64,000 nt of DNA, taken from NCBI GenBank assembly GCA_963724295.1, contig CAVRUC010000002.1:352001-416000 (forward strand). Direction: 5' to 3'. This stretch comes from an uncultured Chloroflexia bacterium (GTDB lineage Bacteria; Chloroflexota; Chloroflexia; Thermomicrobiales; UBA6265). The notes beneath the pieces are model-generated. The model was not told the origin of the DNA. It searched no databases and worked only from the letters and a program-made list of their open reading frames with translations. Positions 43,612-54,704 of the stretch are shown in pieces; position 1 is the stretch's first letter, and each line of letters opens with the position of its first letter. Made by a program: the position numbers and the translations under genes.

Positions 43612-44685
43612 TCAATCGATCAGCAAGTGCCCGTTCTCGAAAACGCGCCGTCCGTCCAACTCGATAGCGCCCTCTGTTCGCAGATCCTTGACGAGGTCCC
43701 AGTGGAGCGCTGACTGGTTCGTCCCGTCGCATTCCGCATAGGCTCGACCGAGAGCGAGGTGGATCGTGCCGCCGATCTTCTCGTCGAACAGGATGTCACC
43801 GACGAACCGGTCGATGCCGTCATTGACACCGACGCCGAACTCCCCGATCCGCCGTGCTCCGGCGTCGATGGCCAGGATCTGCTTGAGAAACTCCTCACCC
43901 GACTCCGCCGTGGCCGCGACGACCTCGCCGGCCCGGAACTCGAGGCGGATACCCTCGATCGATCGCCCACCGTAGTTCCCCGGGTACTCGAACGCGATGA
44001 CACCTTCGGCGCTGTCGTCGATGGGCGCCGTGTAGATCTCTCCGTCGGGGATGTTGATGTGGCCGTCGCCAACCACGTAGGTGCGGCCGGCGGTGGTGAA
44101 GGTGAGGTCGGTGTCGCGTCCGACGATCCGCACCCGGGTCGCGGCCTGGAACAGGTCCCGAATCCGTCCATAGCGCCGTGATTCTTCGTCCCAGTCGCGC
44201 AGGGTGGCGTCGAAGAAGAAGTCCGTTGCCGCGTCCAGGCTCATTCCAGCCGCTTGAGCGAAGGATTCGTTTGGCACGCGGACGAGAACCCAGCGGGTCT
44301 GCTCGTTGCGCAAGGCGGAGATCGCACCCTGCGCGCGTTTGTGGGTCGCCAATCGCTCGGTTGGGATATCGCCAAACTCGTGTGGGTTGCGGGCGCCGCG
44401 CAGGCCGACATAGGCATCAGCCCACTCCATCCCGCTGCGCTCGAGATCAGGGACGCGAGCGATCAGCTCCTCGGTGCCATACCTCAGCAGCGCCCGTTCG
44501 AGATACGCCGAAGCGAACTGCACCTGGGGAAAAGCGCCGGCCTGCACCGCGTGCTGGTAGACGGCGAGGGTCAGCGGGAACGTTTCCAGCTCCATCATCG
44601 TGATCAGGAGACGATCGCCGGCCCTGGTGCGCGTCGAGTAGTTGACCAGGATCTCGCCAAGTTGTGACCAGCGCCGGTCGAACAT
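43612..44685 (-). CDS. Aminopeptidase, M29 (thermophilic metalloprotease) family
   Basis: NIPDGEIYTAP, IGEFGVG, LFDEKIGGTIHLALG, SALHWDLV. Confidence 0.92.
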   Translation of the reverse strand: MFDRRWSQLGEILVNYSTRTRAGDRLLITMMELETFPLTLAVYQHAVQAGAFPQVQFASAYLERALLRYGTEELIARVPDLERSGMEWADAYVGLRGARNPHEFGDIPTERLATHKRAQGAISALRNEQTRWVLVRVPNESFAQAAGMSLDAATDFFFDATLRDWDEESRRYGRIRDLFQAATRVRIVGRDTDLTFTTAGRTYVVGDGHINIPDGEIYTAPIDDSAEGVIAFEYPGNYGGRSIEGIRLEFRAGEVVAATAESGEEFLKQILAIDAGARRIGEFGVGVNDGIDRFVGDILFDEKIGGTIHLALGRAYAECDGTNQSALHWDLVKDLRTEGAIELDGRRVFENGHLLID

Positions 44686-44929
44686 GCGCCGCTCCTTTCA
44701 CGAGAATGGTGACATCGTATGCGCTCACGCCTGAAGATTGGCGGCGGACACCGATGAAATCATGCAGAGCGCGGAGGTGCCGCGGCCAATGTAGCCTGCA
44801 AACTGAACCATCCTGAGCGATAGTGGGCAGATCGTCACCTCGCGGCTCAGCGCCACGGGCAGCGGACTCGGCAAAGTGTGAACCTGCCGGCTGCCCGTTC
44901 ATCGGGCTGATGAATCGGAGAAAAATGTC

Positions 44930-46174
44930 ATGGCCACAGTCGTCTTGGCCGGCACGCTCGATACCAAGGGAATCGAGTATGCCTACGTACGGGACCGACT
45001 GCGCGAGCGCGGCGTCAACGTCATCCTCATCGACGTGGGAGTGCTCGGGGAGCCGCTCGTCGCGCCCGACATCGGGCGAGACGTCATCGCCGCGGCAGGC
45101 GGAGCCGACCTTTCGGACCTCGTGGCCGCTGCTGACCGGGGGAGTGCCATCGAGGTAATGGCGTTCGGGCTTGGTGCTATGGTGCGGCAGCTCCACGAGG
45201 GAGGCAAACTCGACGCTCTCCTCGGACTCGGCGGCGGCGGCGGATCAGCGCTAATCACCGCGGCAATGCGCGAGCTTCCGATTGCGGTACCGAAGTTGCT
45301 CGTCTCGACGGTCGTAGCGGGTGCAACCCGCTCATACGCTGGCGTAACCGGGATCACCGTGATGGACGCGATCGTCGATATCGCCGGAATCAACCGCATC
45401 TCCGAGCGCGTCTTCACCCAAGCGACAGCAGCGGCGGCGGCCATGGCTGAGGCGAGTGCGGCCATGCGGTCGGCGCCAACCGACAGACCGCTGCTGGGAG
45501 CCACGATGTTCGGAGTGACCACACCGTGCGTGACGACCGCCCGGGAGCGGTTGGAGGAGCTTGGCTACGAGGTGCTCGTCTTCCACGCCACCGGTAATGG
45601 CGGCAGGACACTCGAGCAGCTCATTCGGGACGGCACGATTACCGGCGTGCTGGACATTACCACCACCGAGTTGGCGGACGATCTGGTGGGCGGGGTCCTT
45701 TCGGCCGGTCCCGATCGTCTAACGGCGGCTGGCGAACTGGGAATCCCACAACTTGTCTCGCTAGGCGCGCTCGACATCGTGAATTTCGGGCCTAGCGAGA
45801 CGGTGCCCGCGCGATTCAAGGGCCGCCTCTTCTACAAGCACAACCCCGCTGTCACCCTGATGCGAACCACCCCTGGGGAGTGCGCGGAATTGGGCAAGCG
45901 CCTGGCCCTGAAAATCAACCAGGCGCGCGGCCCGGTAACCCTCTTCATCCCGCTGCGAGGCGTTTCGTCTATCGCGGTCCCCGGGCAGGTATTCCACGAT
46001 CCCGAGGCTGATGCCGCCTTGGTCGAGGCTATTCGCGAGCACATTAGCGACTGGGTTGACATACGGGAGTTGGATACCCACATCAATGACCCTGGGTTTG
46101 CCGTGGAGATGGCGAATGTATTCCACAAGCTCTACACGGCGTGGGCCGAACAGACGGAAAGGACAACCGCGTGA
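44930..46174 (+). CDS. Tm-1-like / UPF0261 ATP-binding domain protein
   Basis: [43 protein letters not shown]. Confidence 0.92.
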   Translation: MATVVLAGTLDTKGIEYAYVRDRLRERGVNVILIDVGVLGEPLVAPDIGRDVIAAAGGADLSDLVAAADRGSAIEVMAFGLGAMVRQLHEGGKLDALLGLGGGGGSALITAAMRELPIAVPKLLVSTVVAGATRSYAGVTGITVMDAIVDIAGINRISERVFTQATAAAAAMAEASAAMRSAPTDRPLLGATMFGVTTPCVTTARERLEELGYEVLVFHATGNGGRTLEQLIRDGTITGVLDITTTELADDLVGGVLSAGPDRLTAAGELGIPQLVSLGALDIVNFGPSETVPARFKGRLFYKHNPAVTLMRTTPGECAELGKRLALKINQARGPVTLFIPLRGVSSIAVPGQVFHDPEADAALVEAIREHISDWVDIRELDTHINDPGFAVEMANVFHKLYTAWAEQTERTTA

Positions 46175-46992
46175 GGCGGGAAGAGGCTCTGGCTCGGTTA
46201 CGATCGCAAGTGCAAAGTGGTCGACCGATCATCGGCGCCGGGGCCGGAACAGGCCTCTCGGCGAAGAGTGCCGAAGCAGGCGGCGCCGACCTGATCATCA
46301 TCTATAACTCCGGCCGCTACCGGATGGCAGGGCGTGGATCCCTCGCCGGTCTCCTCCCATACGGGGATGCCAACGCCGTTGTCTTGGACATGGCCCGCGA
46401 GGTGTTGCCTGTCGTGAAGACGACGCCAGTGCTGGCTGGCGTCTGTGGCACCGACCCGTTCCGAATGATGGAGATCTTTTTGCCACAGCTTCGGGACATG
46501 GGATTCTCAGGCATCCAGAATTTTCCGACCGTTGGCTTGTTCGAGGGCGTCTTTCGTCGGAACCTCGAAGAGACCGGCATGGGCTACGAACTCGAAGTCG
46601 AGATGGTGCGCCAGGCCCGGGCACTGGATCTCTTGACAGCGCCCTATGTTTTCAACGAAGACGAAGCGCGCAAGATGGCCGAGGCGGGAGCGGACGTGCT
46701 CGTGCCGCACGTCGGTCTAACCACCTCCGGCATGATCGGCGCCCAGACAGCTATTAGCCTCGACCAGGCGGTAACGCGCGTGCAGGCGATGCATGACGCG
46801 GCAAAGAGAGTGAATCCGGACATCCTTGTGCTCTGTCACGGCGGGCCAATCGTTGAGCCGGAGGACACCGCCTATGTGCTGGAGCAGACGAGTGGCATCG
46901 TCGGGTTCTTCGGCGCGTCGAGCATGGAGCGGCTGCCGACCGAGGTGGCGATTTCTGAAACAGTGCGACGCTTCAAATCAACCTCGCTCTGA
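46171..46992 (+). CDS. TIM-barrel (phosphoenolpyruvate hydrolase-like) protein
   Basis: [65 protein letters not shown] coupling. Confidence 0.92.
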   Translation: MRREEALARLRSQVQSGRPIIGAGAGTGLSAKSAEAGGADLIIIYNSGRYRMAGRGSLAGLLPYGDANAVVLDMAREVLPVVKTTPVLAGVCGTDPFRMMEIFLPQLRDMGFSGIQNFPTVGLFEGVFRRNLEETGMGYELEVEMVRQARALDLLTAPYVFNEDEARKMAEAGADVLVPHVGLTTSGMIGAQTAISLDQAVTRVQAMHDAAKRVNPDILVLCHGGPIVEPEDTAYVLEQTSGIVGFFGASSMERLPTEVAISETVRRFKSTSL

Positions 46993-47193
46993 GCCGATTC
47001 CTCCGACTTGCCGGGTCGTCACCTTTCTCCCCAAGAAGATGCCCTGGGCCTTGAATCGGTACTCCTGGATGAGCCATGCGACATCAGCGCGTGAACGAAC
47101 TGTCGCTGCCGCCCATGAGGATGTCGTGACCAGGCTGCTGATTCACCGCTGCAGTCCGGATCCTGTCGGCGTTTTGTTCCTGGTGCAGGATGG

Positions 47194-47569
47194 TCAACCA
47201 GAGTTGCATTCCTCGAGCGGCCGTACTTCGATCGATCCCAGGCGTGCCGCCGGCATCTTCGCGGCGATCCGGATGGCGTCGTTCAGATCCCTGGCGTCGA
47301 TGAGGTAGAACGCACCTAATCGCTCCTTCGTCCCGGCGGCGGCGCCATTGGAGATGAAGACCGAGCCGTCGCGGACGCGGATCGTGGTGGCCGTCTCCGC
47401 CGGCTGCAACCTGGCTGCGGCAACGGAGTGACCACTCCGACTCGAGCTCCCCAGGGCATTCGAGATTCTCGGTCGCGATAAACTCCGATTCGCGCTCGGC
47501 CAGGGCGTCGGTCTTCTCCTCGTCCTCATAGACCAGGCAGAGGTACCTCAATTTCACGTTCAAGTTCAC
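47194..47569 (-). pseudogene. Degenerate YciI/DGPF-family gene
   Basis: RYLCLVYEDE start and ATTIRVRDG...FYLIDARDLNDAI...IEVRP in different frames; DGPFAE motif eroded to NGAAAG. Confidence 0.7.
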
Positions 47570-47611
47570 GCTCCCCTCCGCGGCGGGCTGATCCGGCAAT
47601 AACACCAGATC

Positions 47612-47638
47612 GTCGTTTGGAGGATCGTGAAATCGACA
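47612..47638 (-). promoter_or_regulatory. ECF42-type promoter TGTCGA-N17-CGAC
   Basis: Upstream of the DGPF gene; one of four copies with identical spacing. Confidence 0.75.
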
Positions 47639-47650
47639 TTCCGCACATTC

Positions 47651-47737
47651 GGGTGGCAGGGTGGCAGGATGGCAGAGTGACAGGGAGAACGAATATCCTG
47701 CCACCCTGCCACCACGAGCGTAGCGAGTAACCACCCC
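47651..47737 (+). repeat. Dispersed octamer-arm repeat, copy 3
   Basis: GGGTGGCA arm, CAGGGAGAACGA core, CCACCCTGCCACCACGAGCGTAGCGAGTAA. Confidence 0.8.
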
Positions 47738-47841
47738 GACACCCATCACCCTCGTACCAGCTGTACCCCAGACACAGCGAAACCCGGCTCCGTGTAGAAC
47801 CGGGTTTCGCTCCATGGCATCGCTGATGGATCGTCGCTGCC

Positions 47842-48210
47842 TTAGCCGGGATGCTCATCCTCCGGCAAGCCCGGGATTTCCATTACTGGCCGGATCTCGA
47901 TCGTGCCCCAGCGACCCCCCGGTATGCGGGCGGCGATATCAATTGCTTCGTCGAGATCCGGCGCGTCGATCAGGTAGTAGCCACCGAGTTGTTCGCGCGT
48001 CTCAGCGAACGGCCCGTCAGTTACCAGCCGTTTGCCTTCCCGAACCCGGACACTGGTTGCCGTCGAGCTCAAGTGGAGCGGGGAGGCGCCCAGATAGCGA
48101 CCGCTGTCATTGAGGTCTCGAGCCAGTTGTGCGGACTCGCCGTAGCACTTCTCCCGCTCCTCCGCGTCTATGGCATCCTCGGCGCCGTAAACCAGCAGCA
48201 TGTATTTCAT
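47842..48210 (-). CDS. YciI/DGPF-family protein
   Basis: GGAGGT RBS; MKYMLLVYG, TATSVRVR, VTDGPFAETREQLGGYYLID, IEIRP. Confidence 0.92.
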   Translation of the reverse strand: MKYMLLVYGAEDAIDAEEREKCYGESAQLARDLNDSGRYLGASPLHLSSTATSVRVREGKRLVTDGPFAETREQLGGYYLIDAPDLDEAIDIAARIPGGRWGTIEIRPVMEIPGLPEDEHPG

Positions 48211-48297
48211 ACGGTTACCTCCATATTCGCCCGGCCCGAGCAGCAACAAAACACGGTGTCATCCCGACGAACGATGGCACATCATGGCCAACTCGCC

Positions 48298-48594
48298 CTA
48301 GCCTCCGGCCATCGCCCCGATAACCAGAAACGGCTCGTCCCCCGTCGCCACGGCCGCGGGGAGGGGAGCGTCGGGCGGCTCATGGGAGAGATCTTGCTTG
48401 CCGGCGAAGAACCTCACCAAGGGTCTCCGCTGCCGAGTGACGGTGTCACGGATCGTTCCCCGCAATGTCGGATACGCCTCCTCGAGTGCATCGAGCACCG
48501 CGCGCTGCGTCACCGCACCCTCCACCTCGAGCTCCACGACTCGGTCGGTTCGCGCCAGGGTCCGCAGATGGGCCGGGAGCATGACGCGGATCAT
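48298..48594 (-). CDS. MoaD/ThiS-family ubiquitin-like protein
   Basis: [11 protein letters not shown]...[10 protein letters not shown]...VRFF...GAMAGG C-terminal diglycine. Confidence 0.9.
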   Translation of the reverse strand: MIRVMLPAHLRTLARTDRVVELEVEGAVTQRAVLDALEEAYPTLRGTIRDTVTRQRRPLVRFFAGKQDLSHEPPDAPLPAAVATGDEPFLVIGAMAGG

Positions 48595-49706
48595 TGCAGG
48601 GTCTGCACTTCGACGGAGAGAACGGACGGCAGATCCCGCACGATCGGAGCCCATGTGTCGCCAGAGTCGGCCGATGCATAGACCTGCCCGCCCGTGGTGC
48701 CAACGTAGATGCCGCAGGAGTCGAGCGAGTCGACCGCCATCGCATCACGCAGCACGTTGACGTAGCAGTCCTGTTGCGGCAGCCCGTCGGTCAGCGCTTC
48801 CCACTCGTGTCCGCCCGTGCGGCTGCGGTAGACGCGCAGCTTGCCGTCCGGCGGATAGTGCTCGGAGTCGCTCTTGATCGGAACGACGTAGATCGTCTCC
48901 GGCTCGTGGGCATGAACGGCAATCGGGAATCCGAAGTCGCTCGGCAGGTTGCCACTGACTTCGTGCCAGCACTCGCCGGCGTTGTCCGAGCGCATGACGT
49001 CCCAGTGCTTCTGCATGAACAGCACGTCGGGGCGCGAGGGATGCATGGCGACGCTATGCACGCAGTGGCCGACGTCGGCATCCGGGTCGGGAAGCTCATA
49101 AAGCGATTTCAAGCCCTGATTGATCGGCAACCACGTCTGGCCGCCGTCGTCAGAGCGGAATGCGCCCGCGGCCGAGATGGCGACGACAATCCGGTCGGGA
49201 TCGTTGGGATCGAGGACGATGGTGTGCAGGCACATCCCGCCCGCGCCCGGCTGCCAGAGGTTGCCTTTGACTTCGCGCAGCCCGGAAAGTTCGTGCCAGC
49301 TCTGCCCGCCGTCAGTCGAGCGGAACAACGCCGCGTCTTCGACTCCGGCGTAGACAGTGTCGGGGTCCGACAGCGACGGTTCGAGATGCCAGACGCGGGT
49401 GAACTCCCAGGGGTGCTGCGTGCCGTCGTACCACTGGTGCGTGCCGGGGACACCGTCGTAGACGAACTCGTTCCCGACCGGATTCCAGGTCCGGCCGCCA
49501 TCGTCGGAGCGCTGCATCGTCTGCCCGAACCACCCACTGGATTGCGAGGCATAGAGCCGGTTCGGATCGACCGACGAGCCCTTCAGGTGGTACATCTCCC
49601 AACCCGCGAAGTGGGGACCACAGACATCCCACCGTTCGCGCCGCTCATCAGACGTCAGTACGAACGCGCCCTTGCGCGTACCAACCAGAACCCGCACGCC
49701 ACTCAT
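48591..49706 (-). CDS. BNR/Asp-box beta-propeller (sialidase-like) protein
   Basis: VLVGTRKG; repeated SxDGGxTW Asp boxes; [10 protein letters not shown]. Confidence 0.9.
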   Translation of the reverse strand: MSGVRVLVGTRKGAFVLTSDERRERWDVCGPHFAGWEMYHLKGSSVDPNRLYASQSSGWFGQTMQRSDDGGRTWNPVGNEFVYDGVPGTHQWYDGTQHPWEFTRVWHLEPSLSDPDTVYAGVEDAALFRSTDGGQSWHELSGLREVKGNLWQPGAGGMCLHTIVLDPNDPDRIVVAISAAGAFRSDDGGQTWLPINQGLKSLYELPDPDADVGHCVHSVAMHPSRPDVLFMQKHWDVMRSDNAGECWHEVSGNLPSDFGFPIAVHAHEPETIYVVPIKSDSEHYPPDGKLRVYRSRTGGHEWEALTDGLPQQDCYVNVLRDAMAVDSLDSCGIYVGTTGGQVYASADSGDTWAPIVRDLPSVLSVEVQTLQ

Positions 49707-49760
49707 CCACGACTCCTTTCCGAGCCTGCGAAGACATTTGCTTGCGGGGCTCGCCAACTA

Positions 49761-49787
49761 GTCGATCGACTCTGGCTCAATTCGACA
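49761..49787 (-). promoter_or_regulatory. ECF42-type promoter TGTCGA-N17-CGAC
   Basis: Upstream of the BNR-MoaD-DGPF operon. Confidence 0.75.
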
Positions 49788-49893
49788 ACCCGGGCATCTG
49801 AGTTTTCCGATGCGCCCGATTTCGCTCTCACGGGCTGCTGCCGCCGCGCGCTCAAAGCGCTTCCAGCCAGGCTGGTTGGCGGGGTCTCGGACA

Positions 49894-49936
49894 GCAGTAT
49901 ACCGCAAAAAGGGTGTACGTACAGGACAGATGTTCT
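49894..49936 (-). promoter_or_regulatory. 43-bp promoter/operator unit (TATACT -10, degenerate SOS box), copy A
   Basis: Ungapped match to 54570-54612; GAAC-ATCT-GTCC. Confidence 0.55.
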
Positions 49937-50007
49937 CCAGAGCGAATGCCGTCGTCTCGCTTCTCTGTCCTGGTCCCGGCCACCGCGCGGCACCAGGCTG
50001 AGCGGCA

Positions 50008-50467
50008 CTAGACTCGTCGCGAGCGTGTCAGCGTGGTCAGCATCGAGACGATGACCACGGCGGCGACGACATGCATCAGCATCAGAATCGCCGTCTGGCC
50101 GGATGTGGCGCCCGGAACCGATGGGATGTAAATCAGGTCCGGGATCAGCGAGAGGACCAGCACCACGACGGCGATGTTGGTGAAGATGCGCGCCGGGTTG
50201 CTGGTGAATCGCAGCAGCGCGGCATAGAGCAGGACCGCCACGATGGCCGGGACCACCGTGAACAGGATCGTACCGCTGGCGTTTGCCAGGACGACGAATT
50301 GCGGGTCATAGCCGACGACAGCGCTCCCCAGCGCATAGACCAGGAGATTGGCAAGCACGGCGGCGGCCACCGTGGCGAGGCCGATGAGGGCGAACCGCCC
50401 CCGGCTCACGGGGCGGCGCCGCCTCGGGCGCCGACGATGACGAAGAGGACAAAGCGATCGACGACAT
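50008..50467 (-). CDS. Four-TM membrane protein, DUF6069-like (frameshift near 50410)
   Basis: GAAGGAGG RBS before ATG 50467; NPARIF...LSLIPD...LMLMHVVAA. Confidence 0.75.
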
Positions 50468-50527
50468 GGTTCACGACCCTCCTTCAGAACTGACCGGCAA
50501 CAACCGCGATGACTGTTGCACCAGGTA

Positions 50528-50554
50528 GTCGTTCAGGAAGGTCGCAAATCGACA
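50528..50554 (-). promoter_or_regulatory. ECF42-type promoter TGTCGA-N17-CGAC
   Basis: Upstream of the DUF6069-like gene. Confidence 0.75.
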
Positions 50555-50644
50555 ACGGGTCCCGTCAAATCCGCGTTGTCCTGGGGATCGCCCAATGCGG
50601 CGCCGAGCTCTGCTTGCCAGTGCCCGCGTGAGCGGGCGCACTCG

Positions 50645-50869
50645 CTAACGGTGCGCCGCGTCCTCCGTCGGTCCTTCGACCCACTTGCCCGATGGATCCT
50701 TGTGGTACTTGCGCTCGACCGCGCCCCAGGCAACCCGGTGGGCACGGCTCTCGTCGTGCCCATACTGGTCCCAGGCGCTGTTGAAGGCTTCCTTATAGAT
50801 ATCCTGCGCGTGCGCCGGCAGGTTATCGCGGACGCTCTCAGGGAGATCAGCTCGGTTTTGGTACGGCAT
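50645..50869 (-). CDS. chaB: ChaB-family protein
   Basis: MPY...DLPESVRDNLPAHAQDIYKEAFNSAW...AHRVAWGAV...Y.K...W. Confidence 0.92.
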   Translation of the reverse strand: MPYQNRADLPESVRDNLPAHAQDIYKEAFNSAWDQYGHDESRAHRVAWGAVERKYHKDPSGKWVEGPTEDAAHR

Positions 50870-51186
50870 CCTCGCCTCCTCATGCTGCAACGACGTGGTG
50901 ACGCTCATCCATCTGCCGACAATGTCGGAGCAAGTGACGTGCCGCGAACGAGGGTCGGGCTGCGCACGCGTCGGCAGGTGCACTAGTACCTGCACGCTTG
51001 ACAACTCCGGGATTCGGGATAGAGTGGGCCCACCGCCAAAATCAGGGTGTTCGCCAGGGGACCGTGTGCCGTTTACCGGGCCGGTCCAGGCGAGACGTGT
51101 GATCCTGAGCGGAAACCAGAGCGAAGCGTTGCCATGCGCGCGAGAGCCGTGGCCAGGGCATCAATGCACTTCAGGAAGGTAGAACC

Positions 51187-52773
51187 ATGTCCGATCACTC
51201 CACGACGTCATCGCGGCGCAAAGCCATCATCTCCCGCCGCAGCTTACTCGCCGCGAGCGCGGGCGCAGGCGGCGCGCTCTTCCTTGCAAGCGCCGGTCGC
51301 CGCTCTGTGGTTCGCGCTGACGAGACGCCCGAGACCGGGCACGGGCAGCACGCGGAGGCCAACAACGGCACGGGTCTCTTCCAACCGGCGAAGTGGGAGT
51401 CCGTGGACCTGGTCGAGCCTGAGGTGCGCCGTTCAGTCGACGGCGAGCTGGCCACCGAACTCCGCGTGGCTTATGCCTATTTTGACACCGGTGGATATCG
51501 CCTCTCGCTGCGCACCTACGAAGGAACCATCCCCGGACCGACGCTTCGCGTGCAGCCAGGTGACGTCCTCCGTGTTTCTCTGATCAACGACCTGCCGCCG
51601 AATCGCGCGGAGTTGCCGCTCAATACCGACTTGCCTCATCACTTCAACACCACGAACGTCCACGTCCATGGTCTGCACGTCAGTCCCAGCGGCAACGCCG
51701 ACAATGTCTTGCGCAGCATGGAGCCGGGGCAGAGTTACGAGGTGGAGATCGCCATTCCCGCCGACCACCCGCGCGGCACCTACTGGTACCACCCCCATCA
51801 TCACGGGAGCGCTGATGTCCAGATCTCCAGTGGAATGGCCGGCGCGCTGATCGTGGAGGGAGATTTCCCCGGTGTTGCGGAGATCGCCAACGTCGTCGAG
51901 CGCGTGCTCATCCTCAACGAGGTGATGTTCGACTATCTGGGAACGATCGAAGTCTACGACACGATCTGGCCGGAAGCCGCCCCGCGCTTCATTTCCGTCA
52001 ACGGGCAGCGGGAGCCGATCATCCGGCTCCGTCCCGGCGAGGTGCAGCGCTGGCGCATCGTCCAGGCCGCGCACGAGAGCAACCTGCGGCTGGCCCTGGA
52101 CGGCCACCTGCTGCACCCAATCGCCTACGATGGCATCCCGCGCTCGCGCTTCGAGGGATTGGAGAGTCTGGTGATCGCACCAGGGCAGCGGGCCGACGTA
52201 CTGGTGCAGGCGGGAGCGCCCGGCGCCTACGAGTTGCAGGCGATTGCGAACGATCAAGGCTATCCATCGCCAACTGGGACGTTGGCCCACGTCGTGGTCG
52301 AAGGTGAGCCGGTGACGATGAGCCTTCCGGCACCCCTACCCGAGTCTCCACTCGCGCCCATCGGCGACGACGAGATTACCGGCGCCCGAACCTTAACATT
52401 CACCGCCATCGAACCGGAGGTTCCCGCAGCCGCCACGTACCATGAGTTTGCCGACTTGATCGATGGCCGCCGGTTCGATCCGGACCGGGTGGACCAATCC
52501 ATCCGCCTCGGTGCGGTCGAGGAGTGGACGGTGGTCAATGACGACTCTAGCGACCACGTCTTCCACATCCACACCAACCCGTTTCAGGTCATGGCTATCA
52601 ACGGCGAGCCGGTGTCCGAGACGCTCTGGCGCGACACGGTGATCGTTCCCCGGAACGGAAGTCTCACCTTCCGCTCGCGCTTCCTCGATTTCACGGGCAA
52701 GACAGTGCTGCACTGCCACATGATGAACCACGAGGAGCTGGGTATGATGCAGCTGATCGAGTTTACCGAGTAG
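51187..52773 (+). CDS. TAT-exported multicopper oxidase
   Basis: SRRSLL TAT; HVHG, WYHPH, HVFHIH and HCHMMNHEELGMM Cu sites. Confidence 0.94.
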   Translation: MSDHSTTSSRRKAIISRRSLLAASAGAGGALFLASAGRRSVVRADETPETGHGQHAEANNGTGLFQPAKWESVDLVEPEVRRSVDGELATELRVAYAYFDTGGYRLSLRTYEGTIPGPTLRVQPGDVLRVSLINDLPPNRAELPLNTDLPHHFNTTNVHVHGLHVSPSGNADNVLRSMEPGQSYEVEIAIPADHPRGTYWYHPHHHGSADVQISSGMAGALIVEGDFPGVAEIANVVERVLILNEVMFDYLGTIEVYDTIWPEAAPRFISVNGQREPIIRLRPGEVQRWRIVQAAHESNLRLALDGHLLHPIAYDGIPRSRFEGLESLVIAPGQRADVLVQAGAPGAYELQAIANDQGYPSPTGTLAHVVVEGEPVTMSLPAPLPESPLAPIGDDEITGARTLTFTAIEPEVPAAATYHEFADLIDGRRFDPDRVDQSIRLGAVEEWTVVNDDSSDHVFHIHTNPFQVMAINGEPVSETLWRDTVIVPRNGSLTFRSRFLDFTGKTVLHCHMMNHEELGMMQLIEFTE

Positions 52774-52850
52774 GTGCGCTCGGCGTTTCCGCTGACGCTA
52801 GCGGGACGGCGAGCGCGCTCGACCAGCGGCAAACCCGGTCCGGACCCGGG

Positions 52851-54149
52851 TCAGTCCCCCAGCTCGCGCAGCCGTCCTTCGAGGAAGCGCCGCTCCGGCT
52901 CCTGGAGCGTCAGGCTCAGCGCCCGCTCGTACGCGGCGCGGGCTTCCGCGGTCCGTCCCAGCCTGCGGCAGAGCTCCGCCCGCGCCGAATGTGCCAGGTG
53001 GTAGTCGACCAGGTCGCCACGCGCCAGGATGGCGTCAATCAGCGCCAGACCCGCGGCCGGTCCGTCGCGCATCGCCACCGCCACGGCGCGGTTCAGCTCG
53101 ACGACTGGCGACGGATGTGCCTGGGTCAGGACGTCATAGAGCGCGACGATCTGCGCCCAGTCGGTCGCGGCCGGGGTGTCGGCGTCAGCATGGATCGCCG
53201 CTATCGCCGCCTGCAGGGTGTAGGGGCCAAACTGGCCTGATGACAGCGCCCGTTCCACGAGTGCCTTGCCCTGGGCAATCTGGCCCCGGTCCCAGAGCGA
53301 GCGGTCCTGGTCGTCCAGCAGGATGATGTCTCCGGCTGGTGTAGTCCGTGCCGCGCGGCGCGATTCGTGGAGCAGCATCAAGGCCAGCAGTCCCATCACC
53401 TCGGGTTCGGGAAGCAGCTCGTACAGGAGACGCGCCAGGCGGATTGCCTCGCCCGAGAGATCGGCCCGCGTCAATGATGCGCCCGAGGACGCGGCGTACC
53501 CCTCGTTGAACACGAGGTAGATCACCTGCAGCACGGCTTCCAGGCGCTCCGGCAGCTCGGCCGCCGCCGGCACCTGGTACGGAATGCCGGCGTCGCGAAT
53601 CTTTGCCTTGGCGCGCACGATGCGCTGGGCCAACGTGGGCGGCGCCGTCAGAAAGGCGCGCGCGATCTCCTCGGTGGTGAGACCGCAGACTTCCCGCAGG
53701 GTCAGCGCGACGCGCGCTTCCGGCGACAGGGCAGGGTGGCAGCAGGTGAAGATCAGTCGCAGCCGGTCGTCCGCGACCCCTTCTTCGTCCCACTCTTCCT
53801 CGGTCTCGGTGTTGTCGTCGATCTGGGCGGCCAGCGTCGCCAGCGAGGCGTCGAACCTGGCCCGCCGGCGAATGCCGTCGATAGCCTTGAACCGGCCGGT
53901 CGACACCAGCCAGGCTCGGGGGTTGGCCGGTACGCCATCCTTGGCCCATTGTTTCAGCGCGGCGGCGAACGCATCGTGCAGCGCGTCCTCGGCCAAGTCG
54001 AAGTCGCCGAGCAGGCGAATGAGGGTGGCGAACACGCGACGCGACTCGGCCTGATAGACGTCGTCCACCAGCCGGCGGATTTCCTCCGTCGCGTCGAGCA
54101 TTGGCGTCGGGTCCTTGATCCGGCTTCGCAATGTCGTCGTTGAGCTCAT
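52851..54149 (-). CDS. ECF sigma factor with C-terminal TPR extension (ECF42-type)
   Basis: [65 protein letters not shown]. Confidence 0.93.
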   Translation of the reverse strand: MSSTTTLRSRIKDPTPMLDATEEIRRLVDDVYQAESRRVFATLIRLLGDFDLAEDALHDAFAAALKQWAKDGVPANPRAWLVSTGRFKAIDGIRRRARFDASLATLAAQIDDNTETEEEWDEEGVADDRLRLIFTCCHPALSPEARVALTLREVCGLTTEEIARAFLTAPPTLAQRIVRAKAKIRDAGIPYQVPAAAELPERLEAVLQVIYLVFNEGYAASSGASLTRADLSGEAIRLARLLYELLPEPEVMGLLALMLLHESRRAARTTPAGDIILLDDQDRSLWDRGQIAQGKALVERALSSGQFGPYTLQAAIAAIHADADTPAATDWAQIVALYDVLTQAHPSPVVELNRAVAVAMRDGPAAGLALIDAILARGDLVDYHLAHSARAELCRRLGRTAEARAAYERALSLTLQEPERRFLEGRLRELGD

Positions 54150-54415
54150 GTGGCAAATCGCTGCGCGGCGCGCGCCTTGGCCCTGGCCGCCTCGTCCTGC
54201 CGGTTCTTCGGCTCCGCGGGAGTCTCCAGCGCGAGCAGCAGCCGGTGCGAGATGCGGGCGATGTCGTCGATCGCCGCCTCGAAGGCGGCCTCGTTTGCGC
54301 GGGACGGTTTACTGAAGCCGCTGATCTTTCGCACGAACTGCAGCGATGCGGCTCGGATCTCATCCTCCGTGGCCGGCGGCTCGAAATTGAACAACGTCCG
54401 AATGTTCCTGCACAT
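54146..54415 (-). CDS. DUF2277 family protein
   Basis: [33 protein letters not shown] signature. Confidence 0.88.
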   Translation of the reverse strand: MCRNIRTLFNFEPPATEDEIRAASLQFVRKISGFSKPSRANEAAFEAAIDDIARISHRLLLALETPAEPKNRQDEAARAKARAAQRFAT

Positions 54416-54569
54416 GCGCGTTGCCCCTTACCTGATCGACAACCGTGCCCGTGCCTTGGTCGGGTCGAGTCTGCACATTCAGCGGTCTGCGAATCGTGTC
54501 GACGCGGCGTGACCGGTGGCCGCCCGGCTTTCCCCTCAGCCGCGTCCCTCAAGCGCCGGAGTGTGCCAG

Positions 54570-54620
54570 GCAGTATACCGGCTGAACAATGAACGTACAG
54601 CACAAATGTTCTTTTGTCAA
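54570..54620 (-). promoter_or_regulatory. 43-bp promoter/operator unit copy B, with overlapping TTGACA-17-TACGTT
   Basis: GAAC-ATTT-GTGC box in the spacer; second -10 TATACT; matches 49894-49936. Confidence 0.6.
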
Positions 54621-54704
54621 TCCGTCACAGGAAAACAGGTCACTCGAAACAGGAGCGAGCGGTCGCGATTGCAACCGCTCGCTCCCCATTAGCCTGCCGG
54701 TTTC

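Noticed and set aside
44930..46992. Tm-1-like pair as an antiviral system
   Set aside because: The UPF0261 plus TIM-barrel pair is widespread in metabolic contexts; nothing here indicates defence.
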